Source: Macrostomum lignano
Taxonomy: Eukaryota
NCBI GenBank assembly: GCA_002269645.1
Contig: NIVC01003940.1
Coordinates: 1-64,000, forward strand
DNA length: 64,000 nt
Direction: 5' to 3'
Made by a program: the position numbers and the translations under genes. Below the pieces are notes generated by a model. It worked only from the letters and a program-made list of their open reading frames with translations. It did no database searches and was not told the origin of the DNA. Within the stretch, counting starts at the first letter, position 1, and each line of letters starts with the position of its first letter. Below, one piece after another: positions 23,770 to 36,720 of the stretch.

Positions 23770-25090
23770 TTTGAGACATCCTCCGGGGTGCTTGATTGAG
23801 ATACGCTAGCGCCGTTCCTGTTCGTTCTGGTGCTTGACTGGGTGCTGCGGACCGCTCCTCCTACCAACGACGATGGTTTTCTGTTGCGGCGACGCGTGTC
23901 GACGCCAACCGGAGAGACGGCTCAGTGTGCTTGGCTACGCCGACGATCTTGCCCTGCTGTCCTCGATCGTCGAGGGCGCCCAGCGCCAGCTGGACCGGCT
24001 GGTGAGCGTTGCGGCGAGTGTCGGCCTGGTGGTCGACACGCAGAAGACCGTTTTGCTCTGCGTGCCGGACGACATTCGAGACTTCTATTTTCTGCCGAGG
24101 TGCTGACGGGCAGGTGACGAGGCTTCCGCGCTATCAGCAGTTTGTCTACCCCGGCAGTCCGGTGCCTCACGTTCGCGAGAACCGGCGACGTCTCCGTGGA
24201 CTTGCCTGGGCTGCTTTCGTTCCGTGAGGATTGTCCTGCAGCCCGTGGCCCTGCCTCACAGCCAGAGGACGGCGTTGTTCCAGGCGGTGTTCGAGACCGT
24301 CCTGTGGTACAATGCCGAGACCTGGACGCTGACGAGTTTGCTCGAACAGCAGGTCGATGCAGCGCACGCTGGCCTGCTGCGCGCCGCTTTCAAAGATCGG
24401 CTACGAGCATCAATGCGTCAATGCGGCACTCTATCGCCGCACCTCAAATTTGTTGCGCCGTCGGCGACTTCAGCAGGCCAGCTAGGTCATATTATCCGAG
24501 CCGAATCGTACTGCCCGCAACCGGTGCAGGAGCTGGAGGTGCTCTCTCTCTCTCTCTCTGCACCGCACACCCCGAAATCAGCGCTGCTGCGAGGGGCGGG
24601 GGCGTCAAAATTGGCGCCCCAGTCTGCGAAGGAGCCTGAGAACTGCCTGCGCGTCACAGAGGAGAAGCTCACGATCGGCCGGGCGGGCCGCGTGTACTCT
24701 GGGGCAGTCGAAAAGAAGATGCTGCTCGGTGTCCGGGTCCCCGCAGTCCAGGCACAGCGCGCGGGTTGACAGACAGGCCGAGCCGATGGCGAGTGGCGGC
24801 CGCTTGGAGGCTGCAGCCGGCGCAAAGCGAATTAATGGCCACCTCGGCCCTTCTGAGTAAAGCTGGCAGTTGTGGCCAGGAGGTTTCCCGGCCCCAGAAC
24901 TCGAGGTCGAGGTTGGATCTCAGATGGTGGAGGATGGAGGTGCTGCTGCTGACGCTGCAGGCACCCTACCAGCGGGCCGGGCAGGCGCGTACTCGGCGTT
25001 TCGTCGACTGCCTGCTGGCTGATGCCGGCGCCCCGGACACTGCCGGCAGTGCGGCCTAAGTTCGCGCCCAGGCCCTGAAACCCGCATAGC
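23770..25090 (+). mobile_element. 5'-truncated RTE-clade non-LTR retrotransposon (RT C-terminal half), frameshifted, with a 391-bp internal insertion
   Basis: SGVL..DTLAPFLFVLVLDWVLRTA, LGYADDLALLS, GLVVDTQKT, LFQAVFETVLWYNAETWTLT; ORF ends TAA at 25057-25059. Confidence 0.85.
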
Positions 25091-26259
25091 AAAATTACGT
25101 ATCCAATAGAAAGTGAGACGTCTCCGATACTAAACTTTTTTGGTTGCAGGAACGTCCTTGATACGTATCCAATTTTTATGATCCTCTAAAGATCAGCTCG
25201 CTTCTACGTAATGGTGGAAAAAATAATAAATAAAATTACAAGCATTATCTGTTTATCTGTTCACTGAAAATATTTTTAAACTTTATGACAGAATTTACAA
25301 AAAAAGAAAAGATAAAAACTAGCAATTAATCTGCTATATTTAAACATTTTAATTTCGAAAAAAGTTAGAAAAAATTAGTGAAGTTACATTCATTTTTTCC
25401 GTAACCTTAAAAAAATATGATTTCGGTGTAAAGTGCATGTAGCTACTGTAGAACAGAAAACTTGCATGCGTTTTATCTAACTTGACTGCAAAATGCTATA
25501 CTAGCAAGTAGTGTTTAGATTGTAAGCAAAGTATTTGATTAAAAGTTCTTAATTGATATTAGACAGTTGATAAAGTACATAAAAATTAAAAGATTAAAAT
25601 TGTAAGACAGAAAGGTTAAAAAAACGTAATTTAAAATTTTTTTGAACAAAAAGGAAATGTTTCAAAAGATTCAATTTAATTCTCATAAATTTTAATAATT
25701 TATTATATAATTTTAACTAATTATATATAATAATTTATTAATTTCAATAAGAATTAAAATTATTTTGAAATAATAATAAATTATATATTAATTTTTGTAA
25801 AATTTAAAATTTTCAATTTTCAATTTTCAATTTTACATTTCTATAATTGTAATAATTTAAAAAATTTAATTTTAATTTTAAATGTTACTTTTCGAACAAA
25901 AAGGTACTGTTTCAAAAGATTCTTTAAATTCTCATAAAGTGGAGTCAAAAAGAAGAATGGATAAATATTTTCAAAAGCCACAAGAAAAGTATATCAAAAG
26001 GAACTCAATTCAAAGCAAAGATAAAAGGGCGGCTGCAAAAAAATCAAATTTACCCCGGCGAACACTGCAGTGGCAGGATACTGGCTGCACTCGATTATCT
26101 TTAGAAATGAACTGGATGCCGGCTAAGCTAAAAACGTACATTTTTCGTAGCTACAGCAACAAAAAGTGCATTAATTAGTACTCGTAACGGTGTGCTTTCA
26201 ACAAATCGGAGTTATCTCGACCCAATTTAAAGCTGAATAGCAATGAACAGATAGCTCGT

Positions 26260-26360
26260 CAGTGTCTTGCTCAAAGGGACATAAATTGTTCCGAGTAGGT
26301 CGAGAATCGAACCCTCTACCCTCTACCAAAAAGGGTTTACCACTGATAACTACTATGCCT
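26260..26360 (-). mobile_element. Degenerate tRNA-derived SINE head, orthologous to the SINE at 46685-46971
   Basis: GTGTCTTGCTCAAAGGGAC...GTCGAGAATCGAACCC on the plus strand, at the same position in the duplicated 3' flank. Confidence 0.5.
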
Positions 26361-26527
26361 TAGGCCGTCAATTTAGTGCTATAAACGAGATATTTATTAT
26401 ATTCTTCTAATGCAACATACCTCGAAAACTAGGTTTCAAGTGGTATCTTGTTCTATGTTGGCTGTTCGATTTCACAATAAAGATCTTGAAGCAATTTCCT
26501 CCTTGATGTCCAGCGATTCACTCTAAC

Positions 26528-29500
26528 TCATTTGCAGTAAGAGTTGGCGACGGCTGCAATGACGACCTTTCCAGCAGGACCGCTATTGTGCCCGTTCGAT
26601 CCCTCGGGGTTCCTGCCCGATGCGTCCACGAAGCTGCCGCCTCCGCCTCCTCCATCTCCGCTGCTGCTTCCAGTTCCGCCGCAACCACCGGAGTAGCCGC
26701 CGCCTCCGCCGCCGCCGCCTTCACTGTCACTACCGTCTGTGCCGCCGCCTCCGCCGCCTCCGCCGTAGCCACCATCGCCGTTGCTGTTTGCGCCGCCTCC
26801 CGCCCAGCTTCCGGTGGCGCTCTTTCCTCCATAGCCTCCATCGTCGCCTGTGGGTCCGGAACCTCCAGCAGAGCCCCAACCAGCGCCACTGCCGCCAGAC
26901 CTGTCAGTGCCCTTGCTGGGACCTCCCTGTCCGACAGTCGAGCCAGAGCAAGTGCTGCTAGTGCCATCGTTGCCGTCTTTTCCCGTGTCCGAGTTGGAGC
27001 CATCACCGCCTCCGCCGCCTCCTCCGGCAGCCATAAGCAGCTGATGCGAGTTACTGCTTCTGGTTATATAGACAAAGGTTCCGCCTCCACCGCCGCCGCC
27101 GCCATTAGAGTCGCTATCGCTTCCGGCATCGGTCCCAGACTTTCCCACGACAATCGTGAGCGTCTCGGTCAGATTGAAATAGGCCATTTTGTAAGCTCCT
27201 TTACCTCCAGTTGCACCTTTTGTTGACTGGCCACCGTTGGCGCCCCATGTTTCGATTTTGTAGCAGGTGTTCACTTCCGGTGGTGTGAAGAATTGCACTA
27301 ATCCCGTTTTGCCAGTTGTGCCACTCGCTGAAATGCGGTTGATAGAGTGTGCGTTCAGTGGTAATTCGATTGTAAAGACACAGAACTGCATGATGTTTTG
27401 AATGCAGCTATCAGTATTATCAGACATATATCGCAGCCAAGTTATGGCCAAGAAGTCAGAAGTAAGAGACCTGCCGTCGCCCAGATTCAAAGGGTGTAGT
27501 GCTTGTGTTGACATGCTGTGGCGTTTACGGGGATAGTCATACTATTGTTAATTCTGGCAAAATATTGTTCTACCGGATGAAATAGATTAACTTAATAAAA
27601 TATCTGTGTATGTAAATTTAAATGTGGCTTTTGTTAGAGTTTTATAAGTTTCTTGAGTGCTTGCAACCAAGAGTTTGTGGCGTCTGTGATTCCTGAAGTT
27701 TGATTGCAGATCGAATCCTACCTCGCAAAAGTGGAAGGCTTATACCGTATAGCTTCGCTTTTCAATATCTGAGGCAATTAATTTTTTTAAGAATAAAAAT
27801 ACGAATTTTTGACTCGCAGTCGCTGCTCTGCTGTTAACGCCGAGGTACTGTACACTCAGTCTACTTGTATAAAGCACTTGGATTCACTTTGGTATGAGTA
27901 TGCCAAGCCAGAAAACTTTGACACACGACAGAGTTCTCAAATTTTGTATACATTCAACCAGTTTATGCCTCTTCATTTAAGCATGAGTATGTCATTATGC
28001 TGTCTGTCGCCAAGAGTAGAATTTTAGGTGTAAAATTTGTACCCCTCTACAAAGTAATAACGGCATGCTATGAACTTGTGACGCTTAATGAAATGCGCGT
28101 AGTAGGCTGTTTCCACAAAGTATCAACTACGTAAATGGCAAAGTGTCTAACGATTGTAGAGGAATCTAAATAGATTCAGTAAGTAAATGACATGAAGTAA
28201 GGCTTTGAAAAGCTATTGATATATACCTCAGCAAGTGCAGACTAGCATGCAGTCAGGCTTTGACAAGCTATTTTGATATATACCTCAGCAAGCGCAGAAT
28301 AGCATGCAGCCAGGCTTTGACAAGCTATTGATGTTTACCTCAGCAATCGCCGTTCTTCACCTAAGTCGTAACCTAGATCTTCGAGGGAACAATCGAGGCA
28401 CTGTACGAGTTGAGCGACGAGTTGCAACGAAACAACAGCGACGCAGCACAGCACTCTCGGCTGCTCGATGAAATAGAAACCGTCGAGGAGGACTACCGCG
28501 TCAGCATGCGAGAGGTCCAGCGTTTCCGGCTCGCACCCGAGACCTCAGAAGGTCCGAGGCAGGTCCAGTCACAACAACAGCAGCAACAGCCACACTTGGA
28601 AATCGGTGGCTATGGTGAGTTTGGCGACGAGTTTTCTCCGAACGATGCCAGTAGACCCGAGGCAGAACAAGCTAGCTTAGCGGAGGAACTGCTGGCAGTC
28701 AAGGTGCGAGTTCTACGGAACACGAACTGTCAAAAGAACTTTGGAAGATGTTGCGTCGAGTTGAAATTCCTACCTTCTACGGAGAAAAACAACAGTACGA
28801 GGCGTGGAAGGCAGCGTTTATGGCTTGCATCGATAGGGCCCGAGCCACACCAGAGTTCAAACTGCGCAGTTGCGTCAGTATTTGCGTGGATCGGCGCTGA
28901 AGGTGATAGAGCACTTGGATCATTCGGCTGCTGCCGACCAGGCGGCTAAGGAGAGATTGAAGCGTGAGTACGGCGGCAAGCGACGAAAGTTGGCGCACTA
29001 CTTGGAGGAGCTAGATAGTTTTCCACCCGTGAAGCAGAATAGTGCCGAGGAGCTGAAGAAATTCGCAAACATCCTCGATGTGGCTGTAATTAATTTGGAA
29101 GAAGCTGGTAAGAACTCCGAACTTAGTGATGGACTGCTTCATGCTAGATTGCAAAAAAAGTTACCAGAGCCGATGGTCGCAGCATTTCGTCGATGGATCT
29201 TCGAGAAGGCAAAAGCAGAAGGCGTTAGGACCCTTCGAGAGTGGGTTTTGCGTGAGGCAGAGTTCCGAACTGAGGCAGCAGAAATTGTGTACGGGGTGGC
29301 CGCATCAAGTCAGGAGCAACCAAGTAAGGACAGCAAGCAGAAAGCTTTCCATGTAGCGCAGCTAAGCAAGAGCACAAGCAAGGGGAGCTACTCCTGTGTC
29401 GTCTGCAAGGAGGCACACGATCTATGGAAGTGTCCCGCGTTCGGGAAGCTGTCGGCTGAGAACAGATGGAAGGCTGCTCAGGAAGTCAAAGCCTGTTTCC

Positions 29501-32500
29501 GCTGTCTTGGCCATGGTCACATCGGTATAAACTGCCGGCGAGGTGGAAAGTGCGGCGTTGATGGTTGCAGAAAATCCCACCATCGTCTGCTGCATTCGAC
29601 AACAAGGTCGGAATCGAAAGAGAAGCCAGAAGGCAAAGCCGGCGCTGAGCAAGAAATGCAGTCGAAGCCGAAAGCTGCAACCGTGACAATGGTAGCTAGA
29701 GAAGCCAGTGCGGTTTCACTTCGAACGCTTCCGGTCATTCTTAAGGCGAGTAGGCGAGCTGTGAAGATCAATGCCTTACTTGATGACGCCAGCACAAAGA
29801 CCTATTTGAATACGGCGATAGCATCCAAGCTGCTGGAGGCCTGCACGGCAAACAGGAATCAATGCAGGTAAACGTGTTGAACGGACAGGTGGAAACCTTC
29901 ATAACAGCACCAGTGTCATGCACCTTGGAGAGTACTGACGGCCAAATAAGCAAGGAGATTACTGTGCTGACGGTAGATAGAGTGACCGGGAGCATGGAAG
30001 TAGTAGATTTGCAAAAATTGGCGTCGAAATGGTCGCACTTAGGAAACATTCCGTTTCCAAGAAGGCAAACATCAGCGGAGGTTGACTTGCTGATCGGAGC
30101 TGATCACACCGACTTGCATGCGTCGCATCTGGAAGTGTGTGGCAAGCCTGGAGATCCGCAAGCCCGTCTAACACCTTTAGGTTGGACCTGCATTGGCAAG
30201 GTTGATGGAGCTTCGGAACGCTCTTTATTTGCGAGCACATTCTTCAGCGGAGGCGAATTCGAGAACTTGGCCCCATTGTTGCGCCAATGCTGAGAAGTTG
30301 AAGAGCTTCAGCGGGTGGAGTCACCTTCATTCACGAATTCAGAGCAGCTTGCCCTGGAACGCACTCGATCATCGCTGAAGTTCATTGACGGGCAATACCA
30401 GGTTGGGTTTCCATGGGAACCGGATGCCAAGCTACAAGCCAACAACTTCGAGATGGCCATTAAGCGGCTTGGAAACACTGAGAAGCGGCTCCTCAAGGAT
30501 CTGGAAATAGCCAAAAAGTACCAGGACGTCATCAATCGCTGCGAGAAAATAGGCCACGTCAGAAGGGTGCTGCAGAATGAGCATCAGGCTATGAAAAGGT
30601 ACTACCTTCCGCATTTCCCAGTGGTTCGAATGGGCATGGCAACGCGTGCAGTTCATTTAAAAATGGCGTATGGCCTTGATACAAGCAGCTTCCTAAACTC
30701 GTTGTTTCGCATGATCAGTCGCCGAGGTCAAGTTCTGGAAATCTTCTCAGACAATGGAACTGATTTTGTTGGTGCAGATAGAGAACTAAAGGAGCTGTGC
30801 AAGTCGATGGACAAGAACGCATTGCAGTCACGCACATCTTACGTACCGATCAAGTGGCACTTTAATCCGCCTGCGGCTCCGCACTTCGGCGGTGTGCATG
30901 AGTCAATGATAAAGTCAACAAAGAGAGCGATAAATGCGATCTTGAGAACGGCAGAAGTCAGCGATGAACAGCTTGTAACAGCATTTGCCGGAGCAGAGCC
31001 GCTGCTGAACTCGCGACCTTTGACATACCAGTCGTCCCATCCTGGCGACGATCCGGTCCTGACGCCAGCGCACTTCCTGTACGGGCATGTCGGCGGACAG
31101 CTGGCACCAGAGACCGCGGCTGACGAGGTGTTCAACCCAACCAAGAGGTGGCGCTACGTGCAGCAGCTGGTGCAGTCCTTTTGGCGGCGATGGCTCCGAG
31201 AGTGGCTGCCAGCTAGTGAATAGCATGCAGTCAGGCTCTGACCTCAGCAAGCAAACATCTCGATCAAAATACCAAGTGCACTTCCGCTCTTTCATGTCAG
31301 ACCTGACAAAGTGATTTGCCTTTTGAGGGAACGAAAATTTAAAATAGCTATATATTACTTACAGGTAAATGTCACCGGAATAGAGGCGTTGATTTCACAA
31401 TAGGAACTGGCGACGGCTGCAATGACGACCTTTCCAGCAGGACCGCTGTTGTGCCCATTCGATCCCTCGGGGTTCCTGCCCGATGCGTCCACAAAGCTGC
31501 CGCCTCCGCCTCCTTCATCTCCGCTGCTGCTTCCAGTTCCGCCGCAACCACCGGAGTAGCCGCCGCCTCCGCCGCCGCCGCCTTCACTGTCACTACCGTC
31601 TGTGCCGCCGCCTCCGCCGCCTCCGCCGTAGCCACCATCGCCTTTGCTGTTTGCGCCGCCTCCCGCCCAGCTTCCGGTGGCGCTCTTTCCTCCATAGCCT
31701 CCATCGTCGCCTGTGGGTCCGGAACCTCCAGCAGAGCCCCAACCAGCGCCACTGCCGCCAGACCTGTCAGTGCCCTTGCTGGGACCTCCCTGTCCGACAA
31801 TCGAGCCAGAGCAAGTGCTGCTAGTGCCATCGCTGCCGTCTTTTCCCGTGTCCGAGCTGGAGCCATCACCGCCTCCGCCGCCTCCTCCGGCAGCCATAAG
31901 CAGCTGATGCGAGTTACTGCTTCTGGTTATATAGACAAAGGTTCCGCCTCCACCGCCGCCGCCGCCATTAGAGTCGCTATCGCTTCCGGCATCGGTCCCA
32001 GACTTTCCCACGACAATCGTGAGCGTCTCAATCAGATTGAAATAGGCCATTTTGTAAGCTCCTTTGCCTCCAGTTGCACCTTTTGTTGACTGGCCACCGT
32101 TGGCGCCCCATGTTTCGATTTTGTAGCAGGTGTTCACTTCCGGTGGTGTGAAGAATTGCACTAATCCCGTTTTGCCAGTTGTGCCACTCGCTGAAATGCG
32201 GTTGATAGAATGTGCGTTCAGTGGTAATTCGATTGTAAAGACACAGAACTGCATGATGTTTTGAATGCAGCTATCAGTATTATCAGACATATATCGCAGC
32301 CAAGTTATGGCCAAGAAGTCAAAACTAAGAGACCTGCCGTCGCCCAGATTCAAAGGGTGCTTGTGTTGACGCTACTTTGTAGCTATCGACCCGCGCGATA
32401 CCATCAATGACCACTGGAACCCTGGTGAGCTCCATTGCCACACCGACGGTTCTAAGCAGTCAGTCAACACCGGCTTTGATGTTGGAATCTTCCTGAACGG

Positions 32501-35171
32501 TAGGGTCATCGCACCCACGCCCAGTATACTTGGATCAACTCCAGTGTCTTCCAAAATGAAGTTCTTGCTATCAGTTCCTGCAGTGTAGTGCTTCTCGTCA
32601 CTTGTGTTGCTGGTAAGAACATCATTTTCTGCAACACCGCGGCATTGGTCTCGTTTTCTACTCTAAGTTCACTCATAGACCGTGTCGGACAACTTAGAAT
32701 GCTGTCGATATATATTTATAATTATTACCTTGATTCAGCACGAATAAGCAAACAAAAAAGTGCAAGTCCCTATTGAGCTGCGGAGAGGTGGGTCAGATAA
32801 GTAGTGTGCCCGATCAATCAAGCTGTGGAAGCTTTTGATTCAACCAGTCGGATACTCAACCTGCTGGTGAGTAAACTGTGGGAGTCTACAGCGACCGAGG
32901 CTGCCGTCGAGGCTGCGACAGAGTGCTGCTGTCGATCTAGTCGAAGTCATTTCTCACTATTCACCTGTGCTGTAGGTCCAAAAAGACTTTGTTGATTGGA
33001 TGCTAAAGGGGTAAAGGCCGAAATCCTTAGGAGAAGGGGGGGAGAAGCAGCGTCAGACAGGGGCGCCGCGAGAATTGAACGGAGTTTTAGTGGTTGGAGC
33101 AACGGGTGTCAACTGTCGACGCGAGCAACGCCTCTGATTGGCTGAGCTTAAGGTCCCAAAAGCCACCCGATCACCTGCTTTCTTTCTACCTCTTAGAGGG
33201 CAAGAATTTAAGGTTTTTTGGCTCCAATCGCTGTCACGAAATGATTTACAACCGTAAAATTATGTAAAAATTGCATTTCTAAAAAGAGTTCAAAGTGACA
33301 GTGAATTACATGTGGAACAATACTTCTATTAAATACAGTAAGAATTCCATAATCCCAGAGAAAAATTGGCAAAAATATGATTACGGCCTACTGCCAGTAG
33401 CGTATACTGTACCAGACCAATTTGCGAATGCAGAATTTAAAAATATGCTGCCTCATCGTGTTCTGTCGTGCACTTTGATGGGTGGATTCTTTTGGCTGCT
33501 ATGTATCCTGCTATTATATATAAAATATAAAATTTTTAAACCCTGCTTCTGCCTACCATTAAAGATGACCGACGACAGAGCCGTCGTTTTTGTAGTCGTA
33601 GTGGTCATATTTTGAGTCGTGGTGGGGGTAGTCCAATTTGAAGCTGTAGTAGTCGAAGCCCCTGTGGTCGTAGGCGGAGCCTCTGTTGTCGTAGTCGAAG
33701 CCCCTGTGGTCGTAGTCGGAGCCTCTGTTGTCGTAGTCGAAGCCCCTGTGGTCGTAGTCGGAGCCCCTGTGGTCGTAGTCGGAGCCCCTGTGGTCGTAGT
33801 CGGAGCCCCTGTGGTCGTAGTCGGAGCCTCTGTGGTCGTAGTCGGAGCCTCTGTGGTCGTAGTCGGAGCCCCTGTGGTCGTAGTCGGAGCCTCTGTGGTC
33901 GTAGTCGGAGCCCCTGTGGTCGCAGTCGGAGCCCCTGTGGTCGTAGTCGGAGCCCCTGTGGTCGTAGTCGGAGCCTCTGTGGTCGTAGTCGGAGCCCCTG
34001 TGGTCGTAGTCGGAGCCCCTGTGGTCGTAGTCGGAGCCCCTGTGGTCGTAGTCGGAGCCTCTGTTGTCGTAGTCGAAGCCTCTGTGGTCGTAGTCGGAGC
34101 CCCTGTGGTCGTAGTCGGAGCCTCTGTGGTCGTAGTCGGAGCCCCTGTGGTCGTAGTCGGAGCCCCTGTGGTCGTAGTCGGAGCCTCTGTTGTCGTAGTC
34201 GAAGCCTCTGTGGTCGTAGTCGGAGCCCCTGTGGTCGTAGTCGGAGCCCCTGTGGTCGTAGTCGGAGCCTCTGTGGTCGTAGTCGGAGCCCCTGTGGTCG
34301 TAGTCGGAGCCTCTGTGGTCGTAGTCGGAGCCTCTGTTGTCGTAGTCGAAGCCTCTGTGGTCGTAGTCGGAGCCCCTGTGGTCGTAGTCGGAGCCCCTGT
34401 GGTTGTAGTCGGAGCCTTTGTGGTCGTAGTCGGAGCCTCTGTTGTCGTAGTCGAAGCCCCTGTGGTCGTAGTCGGAGCCTCTGTTGTCGTAGTCGAAGCC
34501 TCTGTGGTCGTAGTCGGAGCCCCTGTGGTCGTAGTCGGAGCCTCTGTTGTCGTAGTCGAAGCCTCTGTGGTCGTAGTCGGAGCCCCTGTGGTCGTAGTCG
34601 GAGCCCCTGTGGTTGTAGTCGGAGCCTTTGTGGTCGTAGTCGGAGCCTCTGTTGTCGTAGTCGAAGCCCCTGTGGTCGTAGTCGGAGCCCCTGTGGTCGT
34701 AGTCGGAGCCTCTGTGGTCGTAGTCGGAGCCCCTGTGGTCGTAGTCGGAGCCCCTGTGGTCGTAGTCGGAGCCTCGGTGGTCGTATTCGAAGTCGCAATC
34801 GGAGTCATGGTGTTCGGAGCCGGAGTTGTCATCGAAGTAGACTCACAATCTGCTCTGGTTCGCAGCAGCTGCGTGTTGCAGACCGGCCCGCTACTGAGCT
34901 GCCAGTAAAGCAGCAGGTCGCAGCTTTCTCCGAAAATGCATGACCGGCTGCTGGGCAAGTACTCATAGACTGAGCACAGGGTCGTGTTGCTCGCGCATTC
35001 GACAGCGCACACTCGAGCATCGGCAACACCGAGCACTGTGCGCTGACCGCTCGCAGCAGTCACAGCATTGTAGCACAGGTCCGGCCTCTTGTCGAAGACA
35101 AAGGTAACCGTTGCTGTAAGTGAAATTAGAACTGCCAATATAATGGCAGTTCTGAAAAGACATGTAGACAT
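26528..35171 (-). CDS. Paralog B: signal + PAN + long mucin stalk + two tandem ALK-type glycine-rich domains; exons 35171-33557, 32190-31363, 27327-26528
   Basis: ATG at 35171; donor AAT G|gtaggc; identical acceptors catttcag|CG AGT GGC at 32190 and 27327. The middle exon is 828 bp (phase 1-1) and ends ACC T|gtaagt, so all three exons join in frame. The link to the third exon is inferred. Confidence 0.75.
28200..28345. repeat. ~57-bp minisatellite (about 2.5 copies), with a further partial copy at 31219-31255 on the far side of the BEL remnant
   Basis: CCTCAGCAAG.GCAGA.TAGCATGCAG.CAGGCTTTGACAAGCTATT units. Confidence 0.8.
28380..31223 (+). mobile_element. BEL/Pao LTR retrotransposon remnant (Gag, protease, RT start fused to integrase core), no LTRs, within intron 2 of paralog B
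   Basis: WKAAFMACID..TPEFKLAQLRQYLRG, zinc knuckles CVVCKEAH/CFRCLGHGH..C/CGVDGCRKSHHRLLH, protease LLDDASTKTYL, YYLPHFPVVR joined to ATRAVHL..FSDNGTDFVGA..PHFGGVHE..WLREWLP. Confidence 0.9.
32372..32590 (+). mobile_element. RNase H LINE fragment, same family as 11483-12536
   Basis: ELHCHTDGSKQSVNTGF.VGIFLNG and, after a frameshift, SQYTWINSSVFQNEVLAISSC, paralleling SQHTGLNCSVFQSEVLAISSC. Confidence 0.7.
33625..34790 (-). repeat. Coding 21-bp tandem repeat ((G/E)APTTTT, over 50 copies), the mucin stalk of paralog B
   Basis: GGAGC(C/T)(C/T)CTGTGGTCGTAGTC units on the plus strand. Confidence 0.95.
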
Positions 35172-35874
35172 TAATTAATTCTGGCTGATAAAACAAGCTG
35201 CAGATAAACACCGACTGTGTAAGCGGAGGTATTAGTGAGTGAGGCTAAGTTGATACAGCAACTTTAGCTATTTCTAGTCGTCATTCGTACGTGCACTTAA
35301 CCCACCTCATCGGCCTGGGCAAGGTCTTCAGCACGGAGAAACTACGGAGTAAATAAGTTTTGTTACCGAGGTAACTCAGTTTAAATGATGTACGTACAGA
35401 ATTTTTATAGCCTCAACTTGAGTTGCAATGCAGTCAATGCAGCCCATCTGTAGGTTAGAGCAGAAGTCAAAGAGGCATATCTCTATGCGCATTCTTGAGA
35501 ATCTGCTTCCCATGCCTAGTTAATTCCTTACGCTGCAGTTAAAAAAAGCATAGCTTAACTGCAGGGATGTAGGGAACAACTCCCGTACTAAGAAAAGTTT
35601 TCTAGCTGTTCTAGTGCCTGCTTCTCGGTGAGTGAAAGCTAACTAAGCTGCAACATGTTTTAAAGAGCTATTGTTCTTTACACCTCACTCCCTTAACTAT
35701 CGACAGTCATGTTAAGGCTTGGTTTGACTTTCTACTGATACCTCGGCCAGTCAGTCCCCACAAAAATACCACCTCCATTAGAATTATCCATTACAAAAAT
35801 TACAACTTTATTGCTTGCTCTATCGGTTTCAATCCTCATTTTTTAACCTCTTGGTTCACCAACCATCTCCTGAA

Positions 35875-36102
35875 TGTCCAGAGCAACCAGAGCCGCCTGC
35901 TGAGCACCGAAAGCCTTCTGAACACCGAAAGCCTCCAGAGCAGTCTGCTGAGCACCGAAAGCCTCCAGAACAGTCTGCTGAGCACCGAAAGCCTCCAGAG
36001 CAGTCTGCTGAGCGCCGAAAGCCTCCAGAACAGTCTGCTGAGCACCGAAAGCCTCCAGAGCAGTCTGCTGAGCGCCGAAAACTTCCAGAGCAGTCTGCTG
36101 AG
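35875..36102. repeat. 30-bp minisatellite (~6-7 copies)
   Basis: GAGCAGTCTGCTGAGCACCGAAAGCCTCCA units. Confidence 0.9.
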
Positions 36103-36562
36103 AAGTTTAAATCGCCTGTTGTCATTTCTTCATAGTCCTTGAGCACCATTAAGCCGAAAACTTCACTACAAACCCAGGCAGCTTTCTTCACTTCGTGTCA
36201 CGCCGTTAAACAGTCATGCCCCAATTGGCCTTTTTTCTCGTCGTCACAAGAGCACTCTCCAGCATTACTCGGTCAATCGCTTCATTTGACATAATCTTCA
36301 ATCGGGCTTCTTTGGGCTTCTCCAGTCCAATCTGCTCGGCCACATGAGAAAATTGTGCTGAGACGCCGGCTTGTTGTTCTAAAAGAGAAGTTGAAGAACT
36401 CGTCCAGCGAACTTTCCTCCATGTTTACTTTGATGGTCACAAATGCTTGTGTGTCTTCGAATTCTAACGTGAAATCTTTATGTTTGTCAGTCGACAGATA
36501 TTTGTGGGGTGGTAGTAATGCGATGCACTGAAAGTGAAGAAGAGGGAAGCTGATTGGCTGCA

Positions 36563-36720
36563 GGGGAGAGAGGGGTACAATGTACGCGGAGGAGAGAGGG
36601 GTACAATGTACGCGGAGGAGAGAAGGGTACAATGTACGCGGAGAGAGGGGTACAATGTACGCGGAGGAGAGAGGGGTACAATGTACGCGGAGGAGAGAGG
36701 GGTACAATGTACGCAGAGAG
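36563..36720. repeat. ~26-28 bp minisatellite (~6 copies)
   Basis: GAGAGGGGTACAATGTACGCGGAGGA units. Confidence 0.9.

Noticed and set aside
19667-34908. Val-rich plus-strand ORFs, the RLRLRPQG ORF and Ala-rich shadow ORFs over the mucin and Gly-rich exons of A and B
   Set aside because: Antisense or alternative-frame shadows of low-complexity coding repeats; the splice phases support the Thr/Gly frames.
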